DNA from: Eledone cirrhosa
Lineage: Eukaryota
Direction of reading: 5' to 3'
DNA length: 64,000 nucleotides
Assembly: GCA_964016885.1 (NCBI GenBank)
Contig: OZ024747.1
Coordinates: 39,432,001 to 39,496,000 of the forward strand
This document shows, one piece after another, positions 21,232-34,341 of this stretch. The position numbers and the translations under genes were made by a program. Every line of letters begins with the position of its first letter. The stretch's first letter is position 1. Under the pieces are notes generated by a model, which was given only the letters and a program-made list of their open reading frames with translations, searched no databases and had not been told where the DNA came from.

Positions 21232-21737
21232 ATATTGTTATACTTTGGGAGGGTCATGTTGCCAATAAGAAACACACGCACCAGTTGCTTTCACTTCAAT
21301 TTAATTTAATATATATTTATAAATTTACAAATTTATAAATTTCTGGTTGGTTGGTTGGTTCCACAACCAGATAGTTGTTTATATATATATAGTCATAGTT
21401 CTTTCGTCACACACTCTGTGACCTCTTCAGTGACTGGGGATTTCTTTCTTCGTTTCTGTGCCTTTCCTTTCTTCTATCCTACGCCATTTTTGGCGTAGGA
21501 TAGAAGAAAGGAAAGGCACAGAAACGAAGAAAGAAATCCCCAGTCACTGAAGAGGTCACAGAGTGTGTGACGAAAGAACTATGACTATATATATATAAAC
21601 AACTATCTGGTTGTGGAACCAACCAACCAACCAGAAATTTATAAATTTGTAAATTTATAAATATATATTAAATTAAATTGAAGTGAAAGCAACTGGTGCG
21701 TGTGTTTCTTATTGGCAACATGACCCTCCCAAAGTAT

Positions 21738-21745
<8 letters not shown>
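21232..21745. repeat. Perfect 514-bp palindrome (255-bp arms, TTTT loop) of a PLE pLTR-like sequence
   Basis: Centre acgcca-TTTT-tggcgt at 21481-21496; arms complementary out to 21232/21745. Confidence 0.95.
21542..21586 (+). ncRNA. Minimal hammerhead in the palindrome arm (mirror copy 21391-21435 on minus)
   Basis: agtca CTGAAGA g gtcaca gagtg tgtgac GAAA gaac TA tgact. Confidence 0.75.
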
Positions 21746-21782
<37 letters not shown>

Positions 21783-21794
21783 TTATATATAATT

Positions 21795-21920
21795 GAAGAA
21801 GAAGAAGAAGAAGAAGAAGAAGAAGAAGAAGAAGAAGAAGAAGAAGAAGAAGAAGAAGAAGAAGAAGAAGAAGAAGAAGAAGAAGAAGAAGAAGAAGAAG
21901 AAGAAGAAGAAGAAGAAGAA
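21795..21920. repeat. (GAA)n microsatellite
   Basis: Pure GAA run; source of the poly-E/K/L/F pseudo-ORFs. Confidence 0.98.
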
Positions 21921-22582
21921 GGAGGGGCGGGAGATTTTTGTATGTCTCATGCATCGCATGATGAGCAAACATTTAAATATCTGTCATTCATCACATATTT
22001 TAAAGTATACCTACTATTATTGACTCTTATGTTTGCTGTCCTTTACAATAATACACATTTTATACTATCTCTATACAATTAAAATGATTTTACTGTTTAC
22101 ATTTTCAATAAAACATTGGTCAATTGTCGAAGGTAACAATGTGTTTGTCGCTTACTGGTGAGCAACATGCTAGAAAGAAAAACATTTCATTTCGCTAGGT
22201 TTTGTAAATACATTTACTAATGTCACGCGATTTAGTATTTATTCCGCTATATTTATTGACCATGTCTCCAGAATGTAAATTTACAACCTGGTTATTATGT
22301 CAAAGTTAATTACTATTTATAAATACTATTTATTTTTATATAAATTTGTGTACGCCTTGAAAACATGTAAGGTGTATATTTGCTTGTGATTTTATACACG
22401 AATAAATACTCATTGTGTTATCAAGAACTGAGTGTTTCTCTTCTTTAGTGTGATTGCTTATGTCTTTTATTTCAGTGCTTATTAACACTAACAAGCAGTG
22501 TAAATATGAAATAAATGTTAACAAAACATGTGAGTAGTATTTACGACACAACCTCCTGTACAATAAGTGAGATAAATACCTT

Positions 22583-23296
22583 TTCTTTTTCGGGATTCTG
22601 ATTTATTATTTCGTATTAGATTATTTTTTGCACTGGGTGGTTGCTGGCCTTGTGCCTAGGATAGAAACAATTATTTCGTATTGGTCTCAGGACTCTGAAT
22701 TATTATTTCGTGGTAGTTTCTTTAGTATTTTGGCCCCCCACTTGTTGACCCGTCACCGTAAGATATACTCGGTTGATTACTACTACCTCTTAATAAGGTC
22801 CCATTATAATTCCGTCAGACCTAGTCAACTTTTCTATAGTCTAGCAGTACCAGTGAGAGACTTGATGGCTGTCGTTGGGGAATAGTAACCAGTAATTTTG
22901 TTTTTATATTTAATTGTTTTTTTTAACATTCTCGGTATTCTTCTATATTGTTTTACTTTTTGTTTCGACTTCCTCCCCTTCCCCCTCCCTAGTATACTTC
23001 CTTGACTTTCTGCCCTGCTGTAGTTGGCACTATCAACACGCACGACTGGGTTTCCCCCACCCCCTCTCCCTCTTTCTTCTACTGGCATGTTCAGCTACCC
23101 CTTCTTTCCACAAATTGCCATGATAGAATTATGTGTCTCAACAACTTTTGACCAATCCTTGTGACAATCACTTTTACCATATATGGAATTACCCCCTGAG
23201 AAGCTCGGCTATTCATATTCCAGGATAAAAGTTTTAATTTAGTCCAGAATTAGCCGTCGAAACGGCTTGAGCTCAGCCGTCGGGGTCCTACTCGTT

Positions 23297-23299
<3 letters not shown>
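22583..23299 (+). mobile_element. 3' end / pLTR of an HHR-bearing element (family X), copy 1
   Basis: Near-identical to 26533-27262; contains an HHR-like motif at 23191-23286; ends in (TA)n. Confidence 0.75.
23191..23286 (+). ncRNA. Hammerhead variant (core CUGAGAA) with long palindromic stem III
   Basis: acccc CTGAGAA gctcggcta...tagccgtc GAAA cggcttgagctcagccg TC ggggt. Confidence 0.65.
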
Positions 23300-23357
<58 letters not shown>

Positions 23358-23426
23358 TATGAAGAGAGAAGAAACATTTAGATATAATTAGTAATAAAAT
23401 GTATCATACCTAAAGTGCTCCTAGAT

Positions 23427-23516
23427 TCCTCGACTACGTAGTTTCGTGGCATAAACAAAAACAATACATCATAAAGATATAGACTCCCTGCGAGGTCTGC
23501 CGACTTATCAAGAGGA
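23427..23516 (-). ncRNA. Hammerhead ribozyme, compensated U3-A8 core variant
   Basis: Minus: tcctc TTGATAA gtcggca...tgccac GAAA ctacgtag TC gagga; stem III palindrome actacgtagt; GUC site. Confidence 0.8.
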
Positions 23517-23979
23517 TACCTCATTTTACTAGTCTCAAGAACGCGTCTACACGACGTGAGAAAGAATCCCAAAAGGCGGAGGGGGAGATAGTCACGCGAT
23601 ATAACGGTCGAGAAACAGAGCTAAGCCTCTTATAACCCCGAAGAAAATACCACAGGGGCGGAGGGGGTATTTATATCGAAGCCGTAGAAGAGGTGGTGAA
23701 GGAGGCGAGAAGTATGAGTAATGGCAGCTTTCCAGCAGCCACCACACTTCAAAGATTACTCAACCAGAGGGAGTTATTAACAATATATTTAGAAACACAC
23801 AGAATACTGATACTGGTTCAGTCTGGTTCAACCGGATTGGTCGGTCCCAGTCATTCATTGAGCAACATCGGTGAGGTTGGCACCCATTAACTCACGGTTG
23901 GGTGTGGATGCATCCATGTATATGTGTGTGTTCACATGTATCTGTGTGTTTCTAAATATATTATATATATATATATGGG

Positions 23980-26480
23980 ATAACAAGTTATCGTTATAGG
24001 TAATCCAGTTAGAGGCAATAGACTGATTCAGCAAAATAAGCAATAGAGAAACATATTACTTCGTACAATTCGACATTAATGACTTCTACTCATACATTTC
24101 GCCAGTCACCCTGGGTGAAGCGCTAACCTTTGTTCAGAATAATTCGGACCTTACCTCGGACGAAATTAAAATAGTACTAGCTGCTAGAAGGAATATCATT
24201 AAATTCGAAAATAATCACTGGGAACGAAAAAACAGACAGAATAGCTTCGATACCACAATGGGATCTAACGATTTGGTGGGAATATATATAGCGCACAACT
24301 TACATAAGGAATTCAATAACCTCCAAGTAGGAATTTATAGAGACGATACACTCCTTCTAGCGAAAAAACCTAAATAATCAGAACATGGAAAGATTACGAA
24401 AAAACATTAGAATATTCTTCAAAAAACTAGGCCTAAGTATCACTTTCGAACTTAACTTTAAAAAAGCAAATTTCTTAGATGTAACACTCAACCTAAACAC
24501 ACGATTAATAGAGCCCTTCCATAAGAATAACGAAAATCTAGCTTACATTAGTTATAACTCAAACCACCCCCGATCCATAATTAACTCCATAGCACATAGT
24601 ATATCCCGCCTATCTTCGAACCTAGACATTTTTAACGAACACGCAAACTATTATAACATAGCTTTACATAAGGCTGGAGGAGCTGGAATACATACTAGAT
24701 ACAGACAACAACAACAAACCTAATGACATCATCACTACCCGCTCATATAGAAATAACAAGCATTAGACAACGAGCACCAAAAATAACCGAACAGAACACT
24801 AATATAAGGACCCCCCAAAACTATAGAAGATCCAGAGATAGAAAGTACCTATGGTTCAATCCAATATTCAACTCCTCTATAAAAACTAAACTACCTTCTA
24901 CATTCTTTAAACTAATAGATAAGCACTTCCCTGCACTACACAAATACCATAAAATCTTCAATAGAAAAACTATAAAGCTTCCATATTCTACTGCAGCCAA
25001 CATAGAATCGCACATACGTAAAATCAACCACAAAAATATCTCTAAAGAAATTAACCTACCAACGCGCACCATAGCACCAAATACAAAACACAAACACATA
25101 ACAACATCACAACCACAAACGTATCAGAACGCATCACAACAAAACATTAATAGGCCAAATCACAACCCACCCACAACAACTTACAAAACCGCAACGACGA
25201 ACCTGCACAAAATAAAACCTCAAATTGTAATTGCAACCTACCAGATAAGTGCCCACTACAGAATAGACGCCTTGATTCGAGTATGGTATACCTGTGGACT
25301 GTGAATTCAGGCAATTCTACTTGGCACTACATAGGTTCCACAGCTGGGGTGTTTAAGAAAAGGTGGTATGTCCACAGACACGCCATGAAGAACCGTGCAC
25401 TGGAGACCTCTACAACGCTCGCCAATAAAATCTGGCAGCTTAAGGACCAAAACCTAGAACATAAGATTAGCTGGTCGAAATTACCGGTAGCAAAAGCCTA
25501 CAGCAACGGTATGTCCCACTGCGGGCTTTGTAATTTAGAACTACTACATATTTTAAGGTACGATAGGATGCTGCTTAACAGCAAAATAGGAAGATCTATT
25601 TTCTGTGGGCATAAAATAACTACTGGATTTACAAACTTCAAATCACCATGATTTGAACGAGCAATCCCAAAATTAGTACTGAACCACCTAGATTTTAACA
25701 TATAGAATACACACCACCGCATCGCTATTAGCTATCAAACTGCCAACTGGTCACTGGATAATAAATCTCTGTACATTTCTTGCACCCTTTCTCCACGAAA
25801 CAAATCAACCAGATTAAGATAGAATAATCACCAAAACATTTACAGCAAGCGTTTATCAAATGTCCCGTCATCCCTAGCCCATAAATATCATACTTGTATA
25901 CACCAATTAATCTCTAATCTATTGTCTTTTCTTTTATCGTATATATTTCCATCTCAAATCTGTTTTCTCATGTTAGCACCAACGAATACTTATAAGAACA
26001 CTACTCAAATACTACTACTATCTACCTACAATCTCTCACTTATTTATTTATTTATATTTTCTATTTCCTCATTTTCTTATTATTTTTTAATGTACCCTAT
26101 CTTATATTTTACTTTCTCCTTTTTACATCGTAACTTGTCTATCTATTAACCATATATGTTTTATTATTGATGTTATTGTTTTAATTATACGGTATTTTAT
26201 TATTGATGTTATTGTTTTGATTTTACGCTATTTTTCTATATAAGTCTTGCCTCTAGTGAATTGTTTTCATATCTACGTGGTCTGATGTGTTGACCAGAGG
26301 AAAAAAATGTATTGTAGGTTGATGCAACCTCAAGCGATTAGCGAACTCTAGACACACCTGATCAACGAAACAATTGTCAGTACTTTAAATAAAGCTTTTA
26401 TTGTACAGCCAACCATGTTCTGAATTAATTTTCCGTATCAAATTTTTCATATACTTCGTACGTACGAGCATTTATGTAAT
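23980..26480 (+). mobile_element. 5'-truncated Naiad-type PLE (RT, linker, GIY-YIG, 3' region)
   Basis: FVQFDINDFY, GIYRDD, NFLDVTLNL, SNHPRSI, WFNPIF..KHFP..IFNRKTIK, CNC..CPL, WHYIGSTAGVFKKRWYVH...CGLCNLE...FCGH; frameshifted. Confidence 0.88.
26277..26383 (+). ncRNA. Decayed hammerhead at the 3' end of the Naiad-type PLE
   Basis: CTGATGt gttgaccag...ctgatcaac GAAA caattg TC agtac then aataaa; A9 and stem I mutated. Confidence 0.6.
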
Positions 26481-26532
26481 TTGCACTAGAATGTTTTTAT
26501 CGTAGTGGCACCCTTAGAGATAGTATTAGTAT

Positions 26533-27343
26533 TCTTTTTCGGGATTCTGATTTATTATTTCGTATTAGTTTATATTTTGCACTGGGTGGTTCCTGTCCTT
26601 GTGCCTAGGGTAGAAACAATTATTTCGTATTGGTCTCGGGACTCTGAACTATTATTTCGTGGTAGTTTTTTTAGTATTTTGGCCCCCCAATTGTTGACCC
26701 GTCACCGTAAGATATACTCGGTTGATTACTACTACCTCTTAATAGGGTCTCATTATAATTCCGTGCCACCTAGTAAACTTTTCTATAGTCTAGCAGTACC
26801 AGTGACAGACTTGATGGCTGTCGTTGGGGAATAGTAACCAGTAATTGTTTTTTTTATATTTAATTGTTTTTTTTAACATTCTCGGTATTCTGCTATATTT
26901 TTACCCCATATTGTTTTACTTTTTGTTTCGACTTCCTCCCCCTCCCCCTCCCTAGTATACTTCCTTGACCTCCTGCCCTGCTGTAGTTGGCACTATCAAC
27001 GCACGATTGGGTTTCATCCACCCCTCTCCCTCTTTCTTCTACTGGCAGGTTCAGCTACCCCTTCCTTCCACAAATTGCCATGATAGAATTATGTGTCTCA
27101 ACAACAGACTTTTGACCAATCCTTGTGACAATCACTTTTACCATATATGGAATTACCCCCTGAGAAGTTCGGCTATTCATATACCAGGATAAAAATGTTC
27201 ATTTAGTCCAGAATTAGCCGTCGAAATGGCTTGAGCTCAGCCGTCGGGGTCCTACTCGTTCCAATTACCCACTCTACTACCCGAAGTATTGAGTACTTTG
27301 ATGCGTTATGGTCCAGCTGGTTCCTTACCACATTTCCTTCGTT
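26533..27343 (+). mobile_element. Family X copy 2, with HHR variant at 27155-27250
   Basis: Match to 22583-23299; ends ttccttcgtta followed by (TA)n. Confidence 0.75.
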
Positions 27344-27458
27344 ATATATATATATATATATATATAAAAATGACGTAATTCGGTCAGAAAAGTCCAGGAA
27401 AAAGGAGTGCTCTATGTAGGTTACAGAGCTTACACTGTCAATAAATACACCAGAATTT

Positions 27459-27519
27459 TTTCATTCTGATGACTGAAAGCAAATTTCTTTTGCTTTCAAG
27501 AAAGCACTGGTAAATGAAA
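27459..27519 (+). ncRNA. Hammerhead ribozyme remnant
   Basis: tttcatt CTGATGA ctgaaagcaaa..tttgctttcaa GAAA gcactgg TA aatgaaa. Confidence 0.65.
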
Positions 27520-27548
27520 TAATTATCTTATGTTGTTTATTACATAAC

Positions 27549-27608
<60 letters not shown>

Positions 27609-27777
27609 CATATAAAAAGGGTTAAACAAGATTCAATGAGTACATCAATGAATAAGTTTTACAGTAGATTGGAAGCATTCTACAGAAAATATTATCCAAG
27701 TTATTATTATTAAAATACAAATATTAATAAAATAGATGTTCTTTTGATCAATTAAATTTTATTATACATATTTATTA

Positions 27778-27832
27778 TATTTATTATACATATTTCAGAG
27801 GTACATCAGCACGTCCTCATCAGACAAAATAT
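27778..27832 (-). ncRNA. Hammerhead ribozyme remnant
   Basis: Minus: atattttgt CTGATGA ggacgtgc tgat gtacctct GAAA tatgta TA ataaat. Confidence 0.7.
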
Positions 27833-27929
27833 AATAATATGACATACCCTGAGATGTTAAATGGTTAAGATTTAATCAAGGTAATTGATTAAATCTTAAC
27901 CATTTGAAATCTCAGGGTATGTCATGTAT

Positions 27930-29935
27930 CATGAACCTCCCACCGTGCCCGGGGGAAGACCACCATGTAATACTTAACGGGAACCCCACTCTAGGCTCGC
28001 AGAGGTCAACCACCCTCTGCAACTGCAGAAATCCCGAATCATGCCCCCTTAGTAATGAATGCCTTAAGAAGAACCTAGTATACGGTTGTAGGGTTAAAAC
28101 CCCCAACTCCGAACACCTCTACATAGGAGCCACATCAACGAGCTTTAAGGAACGTTGGTATAACCATTGCCATTCCTTCGATAAGGAAGCCAAAAGGAAA
28201 GTACAGCTCTCTCCGACCTGATCTGGAAGCTTAAGCTGGACAGGACCCCGTACTCTCTGGCCTGGTCCATAATCAGGAAAGTACCACCTGATAAAGAGGG
28301 ATCTGGCATATGCAAACTATGTCTGAACGAGATCCTCGAGATACTAAGAGGTGGAAGCCGCCTGATAAACCTCAGAACCAACTTCTTCGGGACATGCAGA
28401 CACTTCAGGGCCGAGACCTTCATCAAGATATATGGACAGTAGCAACACAATAAGATGTGAACTCCCCTCAAGCTATAGGGACTTCTCCAGAACATGTAGA
28501 CACCTCTCGGTCAGACCTCCCTCAAGCTATATGGGCAGTAATAACACCATAGGCTGGGAACTCCCCTCAAGCCATAGGGACTAACCCAGGCTGAGCAGAT
28601 ACCATGATAGCCTAGAGATTGATTCTGACAGAGCCATTATAATTTGGCCAACATCTTTATAACACACACACATTTTATTTTACTTGATTTTTCAATTTTG
28701 ATTTTTCATTTTCATTATTCATTTATTTGTTTTCGTTTTCCTCACTTTATCACCCTATATTTATATTTAAGTTCAGATTGGTTATAACACACACACATTT
28801 TATTTGATTATCCTATTTCGTTTTATTCTTTTACCATCTTGTTCCTCCTACCACTTTATCCAACATATTTCTGACCTTGAGATTGGTTATAGCACACACA
28901 CATTTTATTTTATTTGAATCTTCATTTTTATTTTTCACTTTTCATTTTCATTTTTCATTTTCATTTTCATTTTCATTTTTCATTACTTTTTCATTAATTT
29001 TTCATTTATTCTCTATTCATTATCTATTTTCTGTTTTCTTCATTTTATTGCCTTCTATTTCTTCATATACATGGCAGAACCCCCCCCACACACACACACA
29101 CACACACACCCCACCCCACCCCACCCCACCACCACCACCACCACCACCACCACCACCACCATCACGGGAGATAATGGCAGGAGGGATGAAGAAACACATA
29201 CACAGATACTTCTGAATGTCAGCAGCAGCAAGAATAGGCTGAACACAACACCAACAACACTACCAAAATAAGGGTAGAGGTAAGAGGTACTTAACAATAG
29301 CAAACACAAACACTACAGGGAGCCTCACCCCATAAAGAATTTCTATACACTTTTGACTGAAGAATGCTCTGAAAACTGACCAATGGGAAGAGTGACCTTA
29401 CAAATCTTTATAACATTGAGATGGGTATAACACACACACACATTTTATGCGATTATTTTATTTTACTTTGTTCCTTTACCATCTTATTCCTTCTACCACT
29501 TTATCATTTTTTTTAGCAGACTCCAACAACAACACGACTACCAACATAAGAATAGAGGTCAGATGTACCTAAGAATAACAGGAACAACCACTACAGATAG
29601 GCTTGCCTCAGAACGAATCTCTATAGACTTTTGACTGAGGAATGTTCTAACATCTGACCAATGAGAGGAGAAGAGGCCTCTTGACGCTGAAATTCGTTTG
29701 TTTAAATTCATATGATTCCAGTTCCTCAGTGAAATAACAACCCAACCAGGAACTGGGCATATCAGAGCATTGACAAAGTTAAACACCTCAACAACATGTG
29801 TACTCGTCTCTACCACACTAATTCGGACTGCCTGAAGAGGTCACAGCCAAAGATGGTTGTCACCGAAATATATATAGCAGTAATAAACGAAGCCAAATTT
29901 TAAACATTTGACTTATTTATATTATTTTATTTTAC
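27930..29935 (+). mobile_element. 3' part of a Naiad-type PLE (GIY-YIG, long 3' region, HHR)
   Basis: CNCRNPESCPLSNECLKKNLVYGC...LYIGATSTSFKERWYNH; next frame IWKLK..WSII..CKLCLNE..LINLRTNFFGTCRH; internal short duplications in the 3' region. Confidence 0.85.
29827..29881 (+). ncRNA. Intact minimal type I hammerhead ribozyme
   Basis: actgc CTGAAGA ggtcacagcca aaga tggttgtcacc GAAA tatata TA gcagt, immediately followed by AATAAA. Confidence 0.9.
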
Positions 29936-30027
29936 ATTACTCCGGAGTAACCAAACCAACCTGCGCACTTCGTCGAGTGCTCCAATCTGCATACTGAGGT
30001 GTTGGTATACAACCAACATATACTAAA

Positions 30028-30061
<34 letters not shown>

Positions 30062-30199
30062 GAGTCCAGAATTAGCCGTCGAAATGGCTTGCGCTCAGCC
30101 GTCGGAGTCCTACTCGTTCCTATTCCCCATTCTACTTCCCTAAGTATTGAGTACTTTGGTGCGTTATGGTCCACCTGGTTCCTTACCACATTTCCTTCG

Positions 30200-30202
<3 letters not shown>
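30062..30202 (+). mobile_element. Family X 3'-terminal fragment (3' half of the HHR)
   Basis: Matches 27204-27343; flanked by (TA)n. Confidence 0.8.
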
Positions 30203-30250
<48 letters not shown>

Positions 30251-31246
30251 TAAACGGAATAGAAAATGCTGACAAATTGTTCACAGTTGAAAAATGGTTT
30301 AATTAGGAATAAAAGAGTATAGTGATTGTATGGGTTAGTATTCAGTTGTGGTTTTAAGCTTTTAAGTTTTTACCGGTTGCGCATTTCTAAATGCTTTTCA
30401 AAAATAATTTTGAGATAGAGTGTCCGTGCTGTTTGCTCTGATATATATATATATATATTTATATATAAGAGAGTATTGAAGTTTGCTTTAAGCATTGTGG
30501 AATAATAAGATATATTTTCTTTAGGTCGTTTTGGAAGACTCAACAATGCAAATGGCTAATTCTCCGGGTACCAAGATCCGGTTGTGTAGAGAGATGTGAG
30601 TGAATGTAGAATGAGATGTATAGTGTGTAGAAGAACGTAGGAAAGAGCGTAAAAAATAATAATAACAGTAGATAGAGTTACCTTGGGAGAGATTTAATTG
30701 TCCCTATATTTCGGATTCACATCCATTAACTGGGGGGTTCGGGGGGCGCTCCGTGGGGGGGGGGGGGGGCGGGGGGCGTGTTCATTTGGGTTATCTGTCG
30801 GATTGGATCGATACGTGTCCTCTGCTGTTCGTTGTTTTGAATATCTGTTTTGAATTCAGCACAGCGTACGCGTGCGCGAAATGGAGCCGGTCAAGCAGAG
30901 GTCGGCGGCCGAAATAGTTCTTTTAATTGTGGGAATGAGGTGGCGTTAGCTGTCAACCCATTGTATTATCTGCCTGTGCCGGTTTCTGTATTCGCAGTGT
31001 TGAATAGTGTATTCGTGTGGTGGTGGTAGTATTCCCTGCTTGTTTGGTGAATGCTACTGTGTATGTTTGTGTGTGTGTGTGTGTGTGTGCGTGTGTTGTT
31101 GTCTCGCTTGTGTGTGTGTTATGTTGTCTCGCTTGTGTGTGTGCGTGTGTTGTTGTCACACTTGTGTGTGCGTGTGTTGTTGTCTCGTTTGTTTAAACCA
31201 ACTCATTTCGTCTGCCTGTTGATGAATCGTATGTGTGTGTGTGTGT

Positions 31247-31303
<57 letters not shown>

Positions 31304-31377
31304 TGTGTGTGTCTGTGTGTGTGCGTGTGTTGTTCTCTCGCTTGTGTGTGTGCGTGTGTTGTTGCCTCGTTTATTTA

Positions 31378-33990
31378 AACCAACCACATCATTTCGCTTC
31401 TCTCGGATCGGTTATTTATGTGTGGCCCTTGGCGTTTGATCCAAAGTGCTTCCTTGATTCGTAATGTGCCGACGTTTCGTTCCGTCGCTAGCACTGTGAC
31501 AATGGGACTTCCGGCTTTGTTTTCGCATTTGGTTATGTGTTTCCGGAAAGACAAGGCCCTGGTGTTGATGTGCTCCTTGATCCGGATGTATAGCGGCCGT
31601 ATAGTGCTACCTATTTAGTAGTGGTTGCACTTGTTACATTCTACTTTATACAAGACGTATGTGCGTAGGCAACTGTTCGTATGGAGCATCGGGCAGTTTC
31701 TGAGGAAGCACGCGTCAGTCGATTTCCCGGGTTTCCTGGAGAGGCATCTTCGCAGAGAGGGGCCCGAGTGGGCCAGGTAGATGTCGAGGCCCTCCCTTCG
31801 TATAGCCCTGCGGATAGCGTTGGTGGTATTCTCGCCCAGGTGTGGTATTTTAAGGAAGCACTTGCCTTGCGTGTTTCTCTACCTCTTGCGTCTGGTGTCT
31901 CTTATTCTGTTTGTGAGTGAGGCAGGGTACCCGTTCGTCTCCAGCACTTTGAGGAATCGCTTGGTATGGGTGAGACCACTCGGGGGATCGCTGCTTCTGT
32001 TTTTTGATTCGCGTGATCTCGTTCGTGATGTACCCTCGTTTAGCACTGTTAGGGAGGGCGCACTTGTAGTGGACGAACAGCTCCCTGCAGGCTGCCTTGC
32101 GGTAGAAATTGGTGTAGATCCCTCCCTGTTCCGTGATGTTGATTCGGAAGTCAAGGAGGGCAAGTGATCCGTCGTCGCTGGGGTGTTCAACACTGAAATT
32201 AATGTTCTCGTCCGTGTTGTTGAACGTCTCACAGATTCTGTTCGCCATCTCCTAGGAAGCTGTGAGGATTAGGATATCCTCCACGTACCTTGAGAAAAAG
32301 GCGACGGCGTTGGGGTGGCAGGTGTTGAGTGCCTTGCGCTCGATGTTGTCCATGTATGAGATCGCTAGCACACCCAACAGGCTTGAGCCCATGGGCAGTC
32401 CCGAGGTTTGCTGGTATGTTTGGTCGAGAAACTCGAAGTATGTGTTGTCAACGACGATGGATAGGAGTTGGTGGATGTCAGTGTTGGTGAGCCCGAAGCA
32501 GTGTAGGTCGGTAGATTGGACACGTTCCATCAGTATATCAACGGCTGGGAGTGCCGGGACCGAGGTGTAAAGAGCGACTATATCAAGGCTGAAGGCATAT
32601 CTGTTAGCCTTTCTGGTGTCGGGATCCATTTGATGCAGGCGCTCCAACACCTCCTCGGAGCCGTTTACGTGTCCCGGCAAGGTGTCTAAGATGGGTTTGA
32701 GTATTCTGGCTAGGAGCCATGAAATTTTGTAGAGCGGTCCTTCCACGATCGATACTATGGGCCTGATCTTCAGGTCGGGTCCCTATTTGTGTGTTTTCAC
32801 GAGGTGGTAGAAGGCGGGTAGTCTGCTGTTCCTCGTGAGGAGGTTGTATCTCAGCTTCTTCGGGAGCTTCCGCCGGTCGCAGATGTTGGTCCAGGCGGCG
32901 TTGATGTGCTCCTCTATCGGCGCGGGAGTTATTCCCGTGACCTTGGAGTAGATGTTGTCATCGTCAAGGTGCTGGAGGGCCAGGGTGTTTTAGGCTTCTC
33001 TGCTGATAACGCAGAATTCTTTTCCCTTGTCGGAGGGAAGGTAGATGAGGTTCTTCGATTTCAGGTTGGAGAGAGTGGTGAGTTGGGAATTGGTGAGGTT
33101 GTGTGTTGTGCGTGTGTGTGTGTGTGTGTGTGTAGAATATCCGAGATGGAGTGTTTTAGCCTGAGTTTAGTGTCGTCTTCGTGGCTGGGGTGGGGTCGTC
33201 AGCGTGGTAAGTGGGGAACTAGGGGGGGGGGTTGCGTGGGCGCTGTTATTTTCCGTGGCGCTGTTGATGGCGGTCACCCATTTAAGTTGGTAGGCCACTC
33301 GACAGAAGTTGGCTTCGATGTCGAGCTTGAGTCTGTCGTCAAGTCGTTGTGAGACTTGACAAATTGGGTCCGATCGTAGGAGTTTCAGCTCGTCGCTCGT
33401 GAGAGTGCCGGTTAGGTCGGTGACCAGGTGCGTCGCATCGTTGAGGTGTGGCTCGGTGTTGGTGAATGCGGCGGCGGCGGTTGTTATGTTGCTGCTTATT
33501 ATATGGTCCTGGTCTGTCTATTTCTTATTGTCGGTGTTCTCGTTTTGGAGTTTAGACAAGATCCACTAAATATTTCCGCTAGAGTCGTTTTTTCTCGTGT
33601 TGGACTCTGAAGTGGTAGCACTGGTCGATTGCTTTAGTAATTTTAAGGAGCAAGTCGCCGGGTGTTATTGTCAGTCGATGTGTCCGCTCTGAGAGTGTCC
33701 GCTTTTGGATGTGTGATTGGCGGTTGAGATATCTCAGGATTTCTTTGATACACGTACGATGTATGCGGTTAGTGGTGTTTTGAAAAGCTGGTGTACGTAG
33801 GCATCCTGGTAAGCGGATGTTCCTGATGGTGGTGGGGATGACATCGTTTTTTAGCCAGCGTTTCAGGAAAATAATTTGACAGCCAACATTGGCCCATTTC
33901 TCCGACAGTCTAAACAGTTCCCTTACGGATGCAAACAATTCCTGGCTCAAGTGTAAGGATAAGAGAGTATTGAAGTTTGCTTGAAGCATT
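31378..33990 (-). pseudogene. PLE RT-GIY-YIG ORF, disrupted
   Basis: Track ORFs 33579-34040, 32252-32746, 31850-32248 plus C-terminal endonuclease; in-frame stops and frameshifts. Confidence 0.88.
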
Positions 33991-34199
33991 GTGGAATAAT
34001 AAGATATATTTTCTTTAGGTCGTTTTGGAAGGCCCAACAATGCAGATGGGTAATTCTCCGAGTAACAAGATCCGGTGGTGGAGAGAGAGATGTAAGTGAA
34101 TGTAGAATGAGATGTATAGTGTGTAGAAGAACGTAGGAAAGAGGGTAAAAAATAAAAATAATAACACGAGATAGAGTTACATTGGGAGAGATTTAATTG

Positions 34200-34235
34200 T
34201 CCCTATATTTCGGATTCACATCCATCAGCTGGGGA
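34200..34235 (-). ncRNA. Ultra-short HHR-like motif with non-canonical core in the pLTR (decayed twin at 30701-30736)
   Basis: Minus: tccc CAGCTGA t ggat gtga atcc GAAA ta TA ggga then caattaaa. Confidence 0.55.
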
Positions 34236-34341
34236 TTTTCCGGGGGAGGAGGTTGTCTGTCGGATAGGATCGATAGGTGTCGTCTGCTGTTCGTTGTTTT
34301 GAATATCTGAGGTGTTCAGCAGAGCGTGCGCGCGCTGAATC

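Larger units (their letters stand above)
30465..34334 (-). mobile_element. Near full-length Penelope-like element with direct pseudo-LTRs (30465-30878 / 33959-34334)
   Basis: About 400-bp direct repeats that include the ORF start; ORF pieces FSLDIVALYTSVP, QTSGLPMGS, FSRYVED, LALLDFRI, and GIY-YIG (VLYKVECNKC..IGSTIRPLYIRIKEH..INNR) at about 31380-31700. Confidence 0.92.
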
